DNA from: Vicinamibacteria bacterium
GTDB lineage: Bacteria > Acidobacteriota > Vicinamibacteria > Vicinamibacterales > JAENWD01
NCBI GenBank assembly: GCA_963828745.1
Contig: CAWHFZ010000019.1
Location: forward strand, 61,842-125,841
Reading direction: 5' to 3'
DNA: 64,000 bases
Shown: positions 1 through 10,518 of the stretch, in pieces
Position numbering within the stretch: position 1 is the stretch's first letter
How the letters are laid out: every line of letters starts with the position of its first letter
Position numbers and translations under genes: made by a program
Notes under the pieces: generated by a model
The model's input: the letters and a program-made list of their open reading frames with translations, nothing else
Database searches by the model: none
What the model was told of the DNA's origin: nothing

Positions 1-120
1 AAAGGCGCGCAGTACTCATTGAAGGAGTTCCACGATTCCTTCCTCAAGCTGGGACCGATTCAGCTGCGTCTCGTCCGGAAAGCTCTCCTTGGGGATGAGG
101 GGGATACGCTCGGCGACTAG
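1..120 (+). CDS. C-terminal fragment of a DUF885-like protein (runs in from window edge)
   Basis: Frame 1 reads KGAQYSLKEFHDSFLKLGPIQLRLVRKALLGDEGDTLGD*; the LKEFHDxxLxxG motif resembles DUF885 C-termini. Confidence 0.55.
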   Translation, partial: KGAQYSLKEFHDSFLKLGPIQLRLVRKALLGDEGDTLGD

Positions 121-128
121 GCGCGAAG

Positions 129-276
129 GGTGCGACAGGTGCTTGGGTGCGTGGGGTGCGGGTACGGGTGCGTACGTGTCAGCACTTCATTCACTAGCCG
201 CACGCACCGACGCTCGGTACACGGCACGCACCGTGGCACCCGTCGCACCTGTCGCACCTGTCGCACCCCTCGCACC
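129..276. repeat. Inverted short-tandem-repeat cassette, GGTGC/GCACC core with ~9-bp unit (copy 1)
   Basis: Left arm ggtgcgaca-ggtgcttg-ggtgcgtgg...; right arm cgtcgcacc-tgtcgcacc-tgtcgcacc-cctcgcacc; lies between convergent stop codons. Confidence 0.9.
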
Positions 277-1433
277 TAATAAAGCAGATAGTCCTTCCTT
301 ACCTTCCTGAAGGCCGCCTCGCCAGTTTCCCAGCTTCCCAGGATCTCCTCGAGCGGGACCTGTTGTTCGATCTGCACCCTGAACGTCGCGTTGCCGGCGA
401 GGATGTCGATCGGTATCTTGTCGTGTTCGTATTCGTAGGGAGGCTGACGCCAGGCGAAACGATCGGGCCGCATGCTGCGGAACTCGCGGATCAGCGACGC
501 GCCCACGGCGACGGGACGGAGCGCCCGGCGATCGGTGACGTGCAGCTGGCAGCCGCCACAGGTGACCTTGCAGTGCTTCTGGAAGGTCGGCTCGAACACC
601 GCCGGCCGGAAATAGGCGCCGGCGAGACCGATGTCGTTCATCCGATCGGTAAACGGTTCGGCGTCGATCCAGGGCGCGCCCAGGAGCTCGAACGGGCGCG
701 TCGTTCCCCGGCCTTCCGAGAGCATCGTTCCCTCGAAGAGCACCGTGCCCGGATAGACGACCGCCGTGTCGTCGGTCGGCACATTGGGCGACGGCATCAC
801 CCACGGCAGACCGGTCTCATCCCAATACTGATCGCGCGACCATCCCTCCATCGTCACCACCTCGAGGTCGGCGCCGATCCCGAAGTGCTCGTTGAACAGA
901 CGCGCGAGCTCGGCGATGGTCATCCCGTGCCGCATCGGAATCGCGAACTGACCGACGAACGATTCGAAGCCGCGTTCCAGGGTCGGTCCTTCCACCTCGA
1001 TGCCGCCGATGGGATTGGGGCGATCGCAGACGATGACGGTGAGGCCGTGGCGCCTGGCAGCGCGCAGGCAGTTCGCCATCGTGTAAACGAAGGTGTAGAT
1101 ACGCGCGCCGATGTCCTGCAGGTCGATGACCAGCGCGTCGAGACCGGCCAGCATCTCGGCCGTCGGCTCGCGGGTCTCGCTATACAGCGAGTAGATGGGC
1201 ACTTGCCGGGCGCGATCCTCGGCGTGCGGCGTCTCGATCATGTTGTCCTGCAGGTCCGACCGGAAGCCGTGCTGCGGCCCGAAAATCGCGCCAAGACGGA
1301 CGCCATCGCGGGTCGCGATGCGATCGAGCACGTGGCGGAAGGCGCCGTCAATCGAGGCCGGGTTGGCGACAACCCCGACACACAGACCGTTCAGACGCGT
1401 GGAAGCGAGCAGCCGTTCGGAACCCAGGATCAT
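276..1433 (-). CDS. DUF1343 family exo-beta-N-acetylmuramidase (NamZ/YbbC-like)
   Basis: Motifs FGPQHG, DLQDIGARIYTF, DRPNP, RHGMTIAELA, SEGRGTTRPFE. Confidence 0.9.
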   Translation of the reverse strand: MILGSERLLASTRLNGLCVGVVANPASIDGAFRHVLDRIATRDGVRLGAIFGPQHGFRSDLQDNMIETPHAEDRARQVPIYSLYSETREPTAEMLAGLDALVIDLQDIGARIYTFVYTMANCLRAARRHGLTVIVCDRPNPIGGIEVEGPTLERGFESFVGQFAIPMRHGMTIAELARLFNEHFGIGADLEVVTMEGWSRDQYWDETGLPWVMPSPNVPTDDTAVVYPGTVLFEGTMLSEGRGTTRPFELLGAPWIDAEPFTDRMNDIGLAGAYFRPAVFEPTFQKHCKVTCGGCQLHVTDRRALRPVAVGASLIREFRSMRPDRFAWRQPPYEYEHDKIPIDILAGNATFRVQIEQQVPLEEILGSWETGEAAFRKVRKDYLLY

Positions 1434-1547
1434 CGCGGTATTCTAGTCAGAAGCCATGGCGAGCAAGATTGCTCCTTTCTTCGTATCGGCCCCTCGGCCG
1501 CCGGCGTTACGGCGCGACGGACGCGGCTCGCAGGCGCGTCACACGCC

Positions 1548-2165
1548 ATGAACGTGCTGCCTCGCCGCCTCATCGTCGGGATCACGGGTGCCAGCGGATC
1601 AATTTTCGGCATCCGTCTGCTCGAGCGGCTGCGCGAACTGGACGTCGAGACGCACCTCGTCCTGAGCCGATGGGGGGCGCGCACCCTGGTCCACGAGACC
1701 AACTATACGGTCGAGCAGGTGCAGCGCCTGGCCAGCGACGTCCACGCCTCGACCGATCAGGGCGCACCGATTTCCAGCGGTTCCTTCGTCACGATGGGGA
1801 TGATCGTCCTGCCCTGCAGCGTGAAGACGATGGCGGAGATCGCGCATGGCACCGGCGACACGCTGATCCCTCGCGCTGCGGACGTGGTGCTCAAGGAGCG
1901 GCGACGCCTCGTGCTCGGCGTCAGGGAAGCGCCGTACCACGAAATTCACCTCGAGAACATGCTGAAGTTGACCAGGATGGGCGTGATCATCGCGCCGCCG
2001 TTGCCCGCCTTCTACAATCGCCCGTCCTCGATTGCCGATCTCGTCGATCACATCGTGGCGCGAACGCTCGACTTATTCGGCCTGCACGACGATCGTGTGC
2101 CGCGGTGGGACGGCCTGATGGACGTGGGGCGGCGGGCCACCGTGCCCGACAGCCAAGATGCCTGA
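1548..2165 (+). CDS. ubiX: Flavin prenyltransferase UbiX/Pad1
   Basis: GITGASG, ISSGSF, PCSVKT, RAADVVLKERRRLVL, PAFY motifs; ATG at 1548 within ORF 363..2165. Confidence 0.93.
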   Translation: MNVLPRRLIVGITGASGSIFGIRLLERLRELDVETHLVLSRWGARTLVHETNYTVEQVQRLASDVHASTDQGAPISSGSFVTMGMIVLPCSVKTMAEIAHGTGDTLIPRAADVVLKERRRLVLGVREAPYHEIHLENMLKLTRMGVIIAPPLPAFYNRPSSIADLVDHIVARTLDLFGLHDDRVPRWDGLMDVGRRATVPDSQDA

Positions 2166-3555
2166 CACGGCGACGGCGACGACGCTCCGCGTCACCGACA
2201 AGTACTCGGGCGAAACGATCGGCGAGTTGCCCGTCGCCGATGCTGCGGCAGTGGATCGCGCCGTCAGCCTGGCCCGCGACGCGTTTGCGGCCTGGTCGTC
2301 CACGCCGGCTCACAAGCGCTCGGCGATCCTGCGCCGTGCCGCCGAACTGATCGAGACCCGTAAGCAGGAGATCGCCACCCTCATCGCCCGCGAAGCGGGG
2401 AAGGCCTGGAAGTACGCAATTGGCGAGGTCGCGCGCAGCGTCGAGACGTTCACGTTCTCGGCCGAGGAGGCGAAACGCATTCACGGCGAGACGGTGCCGA
2501 TGGACGCGTCGGTCTTCGGCGAGAAGCGCGTCGGCTTCTACACTCGAGTCCCCCTGGGCGTCGTCTCCGCAATCACCCCGTTCAATTTCCCGTTGAACCT
2601 GGTGGCGCACAAGGTAGGGCCGGCACTCGCGGCCGGCAACACCGTGGTGCTGAAGCCGGCGGAGGAGACGCCGCTCACCGCCGTTCGCATGGCGGAATGT
2701 TTCCGCGAGGCCGGTCTTCCGGACGGCGTGCTCGAGATCGTCCACGGCGATGGCCCGACGACGGGTGAAGCGCTGGTTCGCCATCCGGTACCGGCCAAGG
2801 TGTCGTTCACCGGCAGTCCGCCGGTCGGCGAGCGCATTCTCGCCATCGCCGGACTGAAGCGCGTCACGCTCGAACTAGGCAACAACTCCGGCGCCATCGT
2901 CGAGGCCGACGCCAACGTCGACGTTGCCCTCCCGCGCACGGTGATGTCGGCCTTCTCGAACTCCGGTCAGGTCTGCCTCAGTCTGCAGCGGCTCTACGTC
3001 CAGGAGGCGATCTTCGACGAGTTCCTGGGGCGCTTCGTCGCTGCGACCAACGCCCTGAAAGTCGGGAATCCGCTCGATCAGGACTGTGACGTCGGACCGA
3101 TGATTTCAGACGACGCGGCCGATCGCGCCGACGAGTGGATCAAGGACGCCATCAGCCAGGGCGCGACCGTCGTTGCGGGCGGCCGCCGCCAAGGACGCAC
3201 GCTCTGGCCGACGGTGATCACCAATACCACGCCGGACATGAACGTCATGTGCCGCGAGGCATTCGCGCCGCTCGTGTGCGTGATCCCGTATCGCGACTTC
3301 GACCAGGCGTTGCGGCTGCTCGGCGACACGCCGTACGGCCTCCAGGCCGGCGTCTACACCAACGACTTGCGCAAGGCGTTCCACGCCGTGTCCGCGCTCG
3401 ACATGGGCGGCATCATGGTGAACGACACCTCGATCTTCCGTGTCGATCACATGCCGTATGGCGGCAATCGCATGAGCGGCATCGGCAGGGAGGGCGTGCG
3501 ATATGCGGTCGAGGAAATGACGAACATCAAGTTCGTCTGCTTCAACCTCGAATGA
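2158..3555 (+). CDS. NAD(P)-dependent aldehyde dehydrogenase
   Basis: ITPFNFP, LKPAEETP, FTGS, ELG, catalytic SGQVC, EAFAP, PYGG motifs. Confidence 0.93.
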   Translation: MPDTATATTLRVTDKYSGETIGELPVADAAAVDRAVSLARDAFAAWSSTPAHKRSAILRRAAELIETRKQEIATLIAREAGKAWKYAIGEVARSVETFTFSAEEAKRIHGETVPMDASVFGEKRVGFYTRVPLGVVSAITPFNFPLNLVAHKVGPALAAGNTVVLKPAEETPLTAVRMAECFREAGLPDGVLEIVHGDGPTTGEALVRHPVPAKVSFTGSPPVGERILAIAGLKRVTLELGNNSGAIVEADANVDVALPRTVMSAFSNSGQVCLSLQRLYVQEAIFDEFLGRFVAATNALKVGNPLDQDCDVGPMISDDAADRADEWIKDAISQGATVVAGGRRQGRTLWPTVITNTTPDMNVMCREAFAPLVCVIPYRDFDQALRLLGDTPYGLQAGVYTNDLRKAFHAVSALDMGGIMVNDTSIFRVDHMPYGGNRMSGIGREGVRYAVEEMTNIKFVCFNLE

Positions 3556-3557
3556 CA

Positions 3558-3789
3558 GGTGCGACGGGTGCGACAGGTGCGACGGGTGCATCAGGTGCCG
3601 CGGGTGCCAGAGGTGCGACTCGTGCCTCGGGTGCGTTGAGTGCGTCGGGTCGCCACGCGCGCCGACATTGCGACACGCGCTTGGCACCGCCCCATCCCGC
3701 CGCACCCATCGCCCTCTGCACCCATCGCACCTGCACCTGTCGCCCCTGCCCCAGTCGCACCTTCCGCACCTTCACGCACCCCCCGCACC
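3558..3789. repeat. Inverted short-tandem-repeat cassette, GGTGC/GCACC core (copy 2)
   Basis: About ten 9-bp units (ggtgcgacg, ggtgcgaca...) start 2 nt after the ALDH stop, followed by degenerate gcacc units. Confidence 0.9.
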
Positions 3790-3792
3790 CTG

Positions 3793-3838
3793 ATGTGGTA
3801 GACACCCGACTACCTGTGTGGTAGGTTGTCTACCACAT
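3793..3838. promoter_or_regulatory. Candidate PadR autoregulatory operator
   Basis: Perfect 12-bp inverted repeat ATGTGGTAGACA (3793-3804)/TGTCTACCACAT (3827-3838) overlapping the padR ATG; inner palindrome GTGGTAG-N5-CTACCAC (3818-3836). Confidence 0.65.
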
Positions 3839-4187
3839 GACTCTCCGTGGTAAGTCACGGTCCGGACGGGTCGAGCTGCTGCAGGGCACGCTCGACATGC
3901 TCATTCTTCGCACCCTCCAGTGGGGCCCGCAGCACGGCCACGGGATCAGCGTCGCCATCCGGGCCGGATCGAATGAGGTGCTCCAGGTCGAACACGGTTC
4001 GCTCTATCCGGCTCTGCATCGTCTGGAAAAGCTGGGCCTCATCGACTCCGACTGGAAGACGACCGAGAAGAAGCAGCGCGCCCGCTACTACCGCCTCACC
4101 GCGGCCGGCAAGAAACAGCTGGCGACCGAGCGTTCGCACTGGCAGCAACTGGTCGGCGCGATCGCGAACATCCTCGACCCCGCTTGA
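3837..4187 (+). CDS. PadR family transcriptional regulator (acidobacterial type)
   Basis: [33 protein letters not shown] pattern. Confidence 0.93.
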   Translation: MTLRGKSRSGRVELLQGTLDMLILRTLQWGPQHGHGISVAIRAGSNEVLQVEHGSLYPALHRLEKLGLIDSDWKTTEKKQRARYYRLTAAGKKQLATERSHWQQLVGAIANILDPA

Positions 4188-4198
4188 GGAGGCACGAC

Positions 4199-6890
4199 AT
4201 GTCGTGGCTGCAACGCGTCTTCCGCGGCCGTTCCGGCGCCCGCGACGATCTCGACGGCGAGATTGCGTTTCACCTCGCTGAAGAAGCGCGCCTGCGCGCG
4301 GACCGCGGCGATCCGCCCGAACGCGCTCGCCTCGAGGCACGCCGCGCGTTCGGCAGCACCATGCGGGTGCGCGAAGAGGTCGACCGGCTGAACCCGACCC
4401 GAGCGATCGACGAAGTCTGGCGCGATCTGAAATACGGCGCCCGCGTGCTGCGCCGGAATCCCGGGTTTGCAGTCGTCGCCATTCTGTCGCTCGCGCTCGG
4501 CATTGGCGCCAACACCTCAATCTTCCAACTGCTGGACGCGGTTCGCCTGCGGACCTTGCCGGTGCGGGATCCCGGCGCGCTCGCCGAGGTGCGCATCGCG
4601 AACGACCGCGACGACAACCGTGAGGGCAATTTCAACGGCGGACGTCCAGACCTCACCAATCCGCTCTGGGAGCGGCTTCGCGAGGAGCAGCGCGCCTTCT
4701 CGCACATCGCCGCCTGGGGTGCCGCGAACTTCGAAATGGGCACCGGCGGCGAGTCGCAGCGCGGTCCGCGGTCTATGGGTCAGCGGCGACTTCTTTCGGA
4801 CGCTGGACGTCCAGCCAGTCATCGGCCGCGCGATCACGCGCGCCGACGACACGCCAGGCTGTGCGGACCCGGGCCTGGTGCTCGGATACGGATATTGGCA
4901 GCAGCGCTATGGCAGCGACCCTCAGGTCCTTGGCCGCACGATTCGCCTCGACGGCCATCTCTTTCCCATCCTCGGTGTGGCGCCACCGGGGTTCCATGGC
5001 GTCCACGTCGGCACGAGCTTCGACGTCGCGGTCCCAATTTGCGCGGAGCCGTTCACGAGAGCCTCCCGCTCGCGCCTGCAGGATCGACGCGCCTGGTGGT
5101 TGGCGGTGATCGGCCGGCTCGAACCGGGATGGACGATCGAGCGCGCCTCCGCGCAGCTGAACGCGATTTCGCCGGCGCTGTTCGCGTCGACCGTGCCCCC
5201 GACCTATCGTCCTGAGACCGTAAAGCAGTACCGCCAGTTCCGGCTGGGCGCACGACCTGCGTCCACGGGTGTCTCGACGCTCCGTGACGACTATGAAGCT
5301 CCGCTCTGGCTGCTGCTCTCGATCGCCGGTCTGGTGCTGCTGATCGCGTGCGCCAACCTTGCGAATCTGATGCTCGCGAGGGCGACCGTCCGCGAGCGCG
5401 AGATCGCCGTCCGTCTCGCCATCGGCGCGTCGCGCAGCCGCATCGTCCGCCAACTGCTGGCGGAGAGCCTGCTGCTGGCTGTGTGCGGCAGTGCACTTGG
5501 CGTGTTCCTGTCGGCGACACTCAGTGCGTTCCTGGTCTCGCTGTTCGGCGACGCGGTGGTCATCGAGCTTCGCGCGGATTCGCACGCGCTCGCATTCACC
5601 GCGGCGCTTGCCGTCGCTGCCTGCCTGTTCTTCGGGCTGGCGCCGGCGGTGCGCGCGACCCGCGCCGAGGCGGCGTCGGTCATCAAGTCCGGCGGCCGCG
5701 GTACGACCAGCGGCCGAGAGACCTTCGGCCTTCGCCGCACGCTCGTCGTCGTGCAGCTGGCGCTCTCGCTCGTTCTCGTCGTCGGCGCGCTCCTGTTCGT
5801 GCGGACGCTGCAGAACCTGATGCACGTCGACCCCGGCTTCCGCAACGACGGCGTGCTCGTAGCAGCGCTCGATTACAGGCGATCGGGCGCCGCCGACGCG
5901 CAGCTGGCGTCGCTCCGGCAGGATGCGCTCGATCGTGTCGGACGAACACCCGGGGTCCGTTCCGCTGCGGCAGTGTTCATCTCACCGCTCGAGGGGAGTG
6001 GCTGGAACAAGGGGATCATCGTCGACGGCACTCCGCAGCGCGCGTCCAATCTGAACTGGGTCAGCAGCGGTTTCTTCTCGACGATGGGAACGCCGGTATT
6101 GAGGGGACGCGATTTCAACGATCGCGACACGCTCGCGAGTCCGCGTGTCGCCATCGTCAACGAGTCGTTCGCGCAGGTGTTCTTCGGCGGGAGAGACCCG
6201 ATCGGCCGCACGTTTCAACTCACCGAGGGGCCCGGCGAGCCGCAGCCGGCCTACCAGGTCGTCGGCCTCGTGCGCGATACCAAGTACGTCGACCTTCGCG
6301 AGGCCTTCGGCCCCATCGCCTACTTTGCGACGCGCCAGGATCCGAAGCCGATCCCGTTCCAGTCGCTGGTCATTCGATCGGCTCAGCCCGAGGCGTCGTT
6401 GTCGGCCGCTGTCAAGCAGGCGATCGTCGAGGCAAACCCGAACATCCTGATCCGGTTCGACACGCTCTCGTCGCAAATCGGGAAGACGCTTCTGCGCGAA
6501 CGATTGATGGCGACGCTTTCGGGATTCTTCGGCGCTCTCGCCGGGATCATCGCCGTTGTCGGACTCTATGGCGTGATGTCCTACATGGTGGCGCGTCGCC
6601 GCAATGAGATCGGCGTCCGCATGGCACTCGGCGCCGATGGCGCTGCGGTCGTCCGTATGGTCCTGCGCGACGCGGCGCGGCTGCTGGCTGTCGGACTGGC
6701 GATTGGTCTCGCGCTGGCCATCCTCGCCGCCCGAGTGGCCCAATCGTTCCTCTATGGCTTGACGCCGGGCGACCCGTCGACTCTCGGTGCAGCAGTCGCC
6801 GGTCTGTTCGCCGTCGGCGCGCTCGCCAGCTACCTTCCCGCGCGTCGCGCGGCCCGCCTCGAACCGATCACGGTCTTGCGGGAGGAATAG
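4199..6890 (+). pseudogene. ADOP-type duplicated ABC permease (MacB/FtsX domains), frameshifted near 4755-4760
   Basis: N-part [27 protein letters not shown] in one frame, continues as [35 protein letters not shown] in another; RBS GAGGAGG before ATG 4199. Confidence 0.85.
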
Positions 6891-6897
6891 CCCTCAG

Positions 6898-7101
6898 GGT
6901 GCGGCAGGTGCGACAGGTGCGACAGGTGCGACAGGTGCGTGACAGGGTGCGACAGGTGCGGCGGGTGCTTTAGGTGCGTGGTGCGACAAGGCGTCGCAGC
7001 TGCCGCCTTCCGGTACCTTCGCACCTAAAGCACCCGCCGCACCTAAGCACCCCGCACCTGTCGCACCTGATGCACCAGCCGCACCTGACGCACCATTCAC
7101 C
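6898..7101. repeat. Inverted short-tandem-repeat cassette, GGTGC/GCACC core (copy 3)
   Basis: ggtgcgaca tandem units; perfect 25-bp inverted repeat 6954-6978/7020-7044; between convergent genes. Confidence 0.92.
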
Positions 7102-9668
7102 TATTTCCTGACAAAAATTTTGCGGTACCCGCCCGCGATGAGCGCCGAGACGTCGGCGAGTACTCGCGGCAACGCGAGTCCGCCTGGATAGGCGAGATAG
7201 CGCGGTTCCCACACGGGGTCGAACTTCTGCTTATAGGCGCGCACGCCCTGGAAGTTGTAGAACGACTCGCCGTGCCCGTAGACGAAACGGCCGACTTTCA
7301 CCCACAGCGGCGATACGGCGGACGCTTCGAGGCCCGACAGCGGAGCCATGCCCAGGTTGAACCACTGGAAGCCTTCCTGCTTCGCCCAATGCAGGAGCCA
7401 CGCGAGCAGACCATCCATCACGCCTTTCGGCGCCGTCGGGCGAAAGCGCATCAGGTCGAGCGACACTTCGCTTTTCTGCGCGCTGGGCCACAGCGTCGCG
7501 AACGCCTGGATGTGCCCCTCGGCTTCGACGACCGCCACGGGGAATCGCGCCAGGTACGACTCGTCGAAGAACCCGAGTGAGAAACCCTTTTCGGCCGCGG
7601 TCTTCCCGGCCAGCCAGGCGTTCGACACGGCCTCAAGCTCCTTCAGGAGTGACGTCACTGCAGGCGGATCGACGATGCGAATGACCCCCCGTTCCTTGGC
7701 GATGCGGTTCATCGTCGTGCGGAGCTTCTTGTGGCCGCTTCCCTCGATCGCGAAGTGCGGCAGGAAGACACGCGCCTCCTCGCCCAGCTTGGCGAACGTG
7801 AGGCCGAAATCGGCGTAGACGTGCAGCCACTGCTTCGAGGCCTCGTAGAACACGGGGACACCCTGGTAGTCGTCGCAGCGCTCGAGGAACGTCTTGACCA
7901 GCGGTTCAGCCGCTTCCTCGGGGCCGATGGGATCGCCCAGCGCCACCCACGTGCGCCCCTGGACCGCGTACATCATGAAGGCGGTCCGCGTCTCGTCCCA
8001 GAGCAGCGCCTTGTCGCGGAGGAAGACCAGGTTCGGCAGCGTGCGCCCCTGGCGCGCGATCACGCGAGTGGCGGCGTCGAGCTCGTCGGCGTCCGGCAGC
8101 GCGACGACCGGTCTGGGCGGCCGCAACAGTTGACGGACGCCGAAGAACAGCATGGCGACGAGTACGCCGACAGTGGCGCGCAGGAAGCGTGGCGCATCGG
8201 CGTCGGCAGCGAACTTCCACCACAGTTCGTGGGAGTACTCAACCCGCCGAAACGCAAAGAGGCCAAGTCCGATGGACGCGGCGACCACCGCAACGGTCCA
8301 CATGATCCATCCCGTCGAGAACGGAATCTCGAGCAGGGCGGACTTTCGATCGAACTCCTCACGGCTGGCGGCGAGCGCCATCAGCAGGGCCGCGAGCACG
8401 ATGGCCTCCTCGTAGTCCGCGCCCTTCAGGAGGGAGACGAGGATGCCGATGCTGAGGCCGACGGTGGCAAGGAAGTACGCGGCGGCCAGCCGCCTGGCCA
8501 ACCCCCAGCTGACAATCAACAGCGCAAAGCCGATCAGGCTGCCGACGAAGTGCGAGACCTCGATGACCGGCAGCGGTACGAAGTCGTTGAGCCAGGCGAC
8601 GCGCCCGGCGGCCGATGGCGTCGCCCCTGAGAACATCAGCACCGCACCGCCGAGCAGGGTGAACACCGCCAGCAGCTTGGGGGCAACGGACGTCGTCAGC
8701 GTTCCAAAGGCGTTGCCCCATTGCACCATCGCATGCCGGCGGTGGTAGAACTCGTCGATGATCAGGACGAGCAGTGCGACGGCGAGCGGCGCCAGGTAAT
8801 AGATCAGTCGGAACATCGCCAGCGCCGGCAGCACGACCACAGCCGGCAGCTGCAGCATCAGGATCATCAGCGACTCGAACACGCCGAGGCCGCCGGGAAC
8901 GTGGCTGACGAGGGCGACCAGCTGCGCCGCGAGGAAGATACCGACAAACAGCGTGAAGTCGGGCCGCGGCTCCGGGAGCAGCACAAAGAGGACCGCGGCG
9001 GCGAGACTCCAGTCCAGCGCGGACAGCACGAACTGTGCAAGCACCAGCCCAATCGACGGCAGGGTGATCTCGAGGCCGGCGATCGAGATCGGCCGCCGGC
9101 GGAAGGCAGCCAGAATCGGATAGGCGAATGCAGTCGCCAGCAGCACCCAGCCTGTCGCGTGCCCGATGCCAGGCGCGATGTAGGTGTCGAGGCGCGCCAT
9201 CGGACCGCCGACGAGCGCCCATCCGCCGAGGACCAGCAGGCCGAGCCAGAACGTTCCCGAGTAGAACAGGACGACCCGCGAAATCTCCTGCCCGTTCAGT
9301 CCCCAGCGTGAGTAAAAGCGGTAGCGCGCCGACGTGCCGGAGAGAAGCGCGAACCCGACGTTGTTGGCAATCGCGTAGCCGACGAACGACGCCATCGCGA
9401 TCTGCCATTTCGAAATACGTCGCCGGATATAGAGGAACGCGAGCTGATCGTAGCCCGTGAGAATCAGATAGTTGAGGAAGGTATAGAAGCCCGCCAGCGC
9501 CAGCGCCGAACCAGGGAACTGCTTCAGCGCGGCTGCCAGTTTGGATGGCGGCATCTGCCGCAGTTCGCGGCCGAGCACGGCCAGAGCGGCCACGAAGAGC
9601 AGCAGACCGATCAGCGGCGAGAGTCGATGCCACCATCGGCCGATGCTCGCAGCAGTCGAGCTCGACAT
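7101..9668 (-). CDS. mprF: Bifunctional aminoacyl-phosphatidylglycerol flippase/synthase MprF
   Basis: Multi-TM N-terminus with VPGGLGVFE; C-terminal EKGFSLG, LDLMR, FNLGMAPLSG, FYNFQGVRAYKQKFDPVWEPRYL. Confidence 0.95.
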   Translation of the reverse strand: MSSSTAASIGRWWHRLSPLIGLLLFVAALAVLGRELRQMPPSKLAAALKQFPGSALALAGFYTFLNYLILTGYDQLAFLYIRRRISKWQIAMASFVGYAIANNVGFALLSGTSARYRFYSRWGLNGQEISRVVLFYSGTFWLGLLVLGGWALVGGPMARLDTYIAPGIGHATGWVLLATAFAYPILAAFRRRPISIAGLEITLPSIGLVLAQFVLSALDWSLAAAVLFVLLPEPRPDFTLFVGIFLAAQLVALVSHVPGGLGVFESLMILMLQLPAVVVLPALAMFRLIYYLAPLAVALLVLIIDEFYHRRHAMVQWGNAFGTLTTSVAPKLLAVFTLLGGAVLMFSGATPSAAGRVAWLNDFVPLPVIEVSHFVGSLIGFALLIVSWGLARRLAAAYFLATVGLSIGILVSLLKGADYEEAIVLAALLMALAASREEFDRKSALLEIPFSTGWIMWTVAVVAASIGLGLFAFRRVEYSHELWWKFAADADAPRFLRATVGVLVAMLFFGVRQLLRPPRPVVALPDADELDAATRVIARQGRTLPNLVFLRDKALLWDETRTAFMMYAVQGRTWVALGDPIGPEEAAEPLVKTFLERCDDYQGVPVFYEASKQWLHVYADFGLTFAKLGEEARVFLPHFAIEGSGHKKLRTTMNRIAKERGVIRIVDPPAVTSLLKELEAVSNAWLAGKTAAEKGFSLGFFDESYLARFPVAVVEAEGHIQAFATLWPSAQKSEVSLDLMRFRPTAPKGVMDGLLAWLLHWAKQEGFQWFNLGMAPLSGLEASAVSPLWVKVGRFVYGHGESFYNFQGVRAYKQKFDPVWEPRYLAYPGGLALPRVLADVSALIAGGYRKIFVRK

Positions 9669-9740
9669 TCGGACGAATTATTATCTGTGAAGTACGGGAG
9701 CAGGAGGGCGCGACTTTACGTGCGCCTTCCTCGATTCCCC

Positions 9741-9765
9741 GGGCCCGACTGAAGTCGGGCCCTAC
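9741..9765 (-). repeat. GTAG-type REP-like palindrome
   Basis: GTAG-GGCCCGAC-TTCA-GTCGGGCCC; its TAG is the otsB stop codon. Confidence 0.65.
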
Positions 9766-10505
9766 TGCTGTTGAATCTCCACGAGCGTCTGCAGCAGTCG
9801 ATCGACTTCCGTCTGATCGCGGATGAAGAAGGCCGCGCGAGAGGTCCGGCGCGGCCCGACGCGCACGCTGAGCAGCCCCGGCAGGTCCAGTCCGAAGACA
9901 TCTTCGTCCGTGCGGTCGTCGCCCACGTAAAGCGCCGAGTCTCGCTCGAACCGCGCGAGATAGTGCTCGAGCGCCGTCCCCTTGTGGACCGGTCCGGCCG
10001 GCGCAATGTTGAAGTCGGCGTGCCGCCCACCGAGGAGACGCGCTCGCGGCAGTTGATGCGTGACGGCATGAATGGCGGACGCCGTCATCTCCAGATCCGG
10101 TGCGTGGCGATAGTCCACGGTAATCGACAGCCGCTTGTCCTCGATGATGATTCCCGGCAGCCGCGCCAGTTCCCGTTGCAGGACGTCCCGCCAGCCGGCC
10201 ACCAGTCGCTCGAGATCGGGATCCTCGCCCCAGGGCTCGAGGCCATGGTTGCCGGTCACGCCCGCAAGGGGAACGTTGGTGAACCGCTGCTCCACATCGG
10301 CACGCATCCGTCCGGAGATGATGACGACGGGGTGGGCGACTGCCAGCGTTGCCAGCATGCGGCGAGTCTCGGGCCCTGCTGCGGCGAGGCCCGGCTGCTC
10401 GACCAGCGGCGCGAGCGTACCGTCGAAGTCGAATGCCAGGATGGGGCGGGTCGCGAGGAAGGCCTTGAACCGGTCCTCGTAGCCGGGGCCGAAGAGATAG
10501 CGCAT
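9762..10505 (-). CDS. otsB: Trehalose-6-phosphate phosphatase
   Basis: HAD motifs FDFDGTL, ISGR, HKG, YVGDDRTDED; directly downstream of otsA. Confidence 0.92.
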   Translation of the reverse strand: MRYLFGPGYEDRFKAFLATRPILAFDFDGTLAPLVEQPGLAAAGPETRRMLATLAVAHPVVIISGRMRADVEQRFTNVPLAGVTGNHGLEPWGEDPDLERLVAGWRDVLQRELARLPGIIIEDKRLSITVDYRHAPDLEMTASAIHAVTHQLPRARLLGGRHADFNIAPAGPVHKGTALEHYLARFERDSALYVGDDRTDEDVFGLDLPGLLSVRVGPRRTSRAAFFIRDQTEVDRLLQTLVEIQQQ

Positions 10506-10518
10506 GCAGCCGCCCGCC

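Noticed and set aside
89-310. Short ORFs with APVAPV or GATGAT repeats (also 3542..3805 and 6894..7100) as collagen-like peptides
   Set aside because: They are translations of the 9-bp DNA repeat, appear on both strands and lack RBS support
363-1547. 600-aa ORF suggesting a long N-terminal extension of UbiX
   Set aside because: The extension is the antisense shadow of the DUF1343 gene; UbiX homology starts at ATG 1548
129-7101. GGTGC repeats as a CRISPR array
   Set aside because: Units are ~9 bp, directly tandem, with no unique spacers and no cas genes
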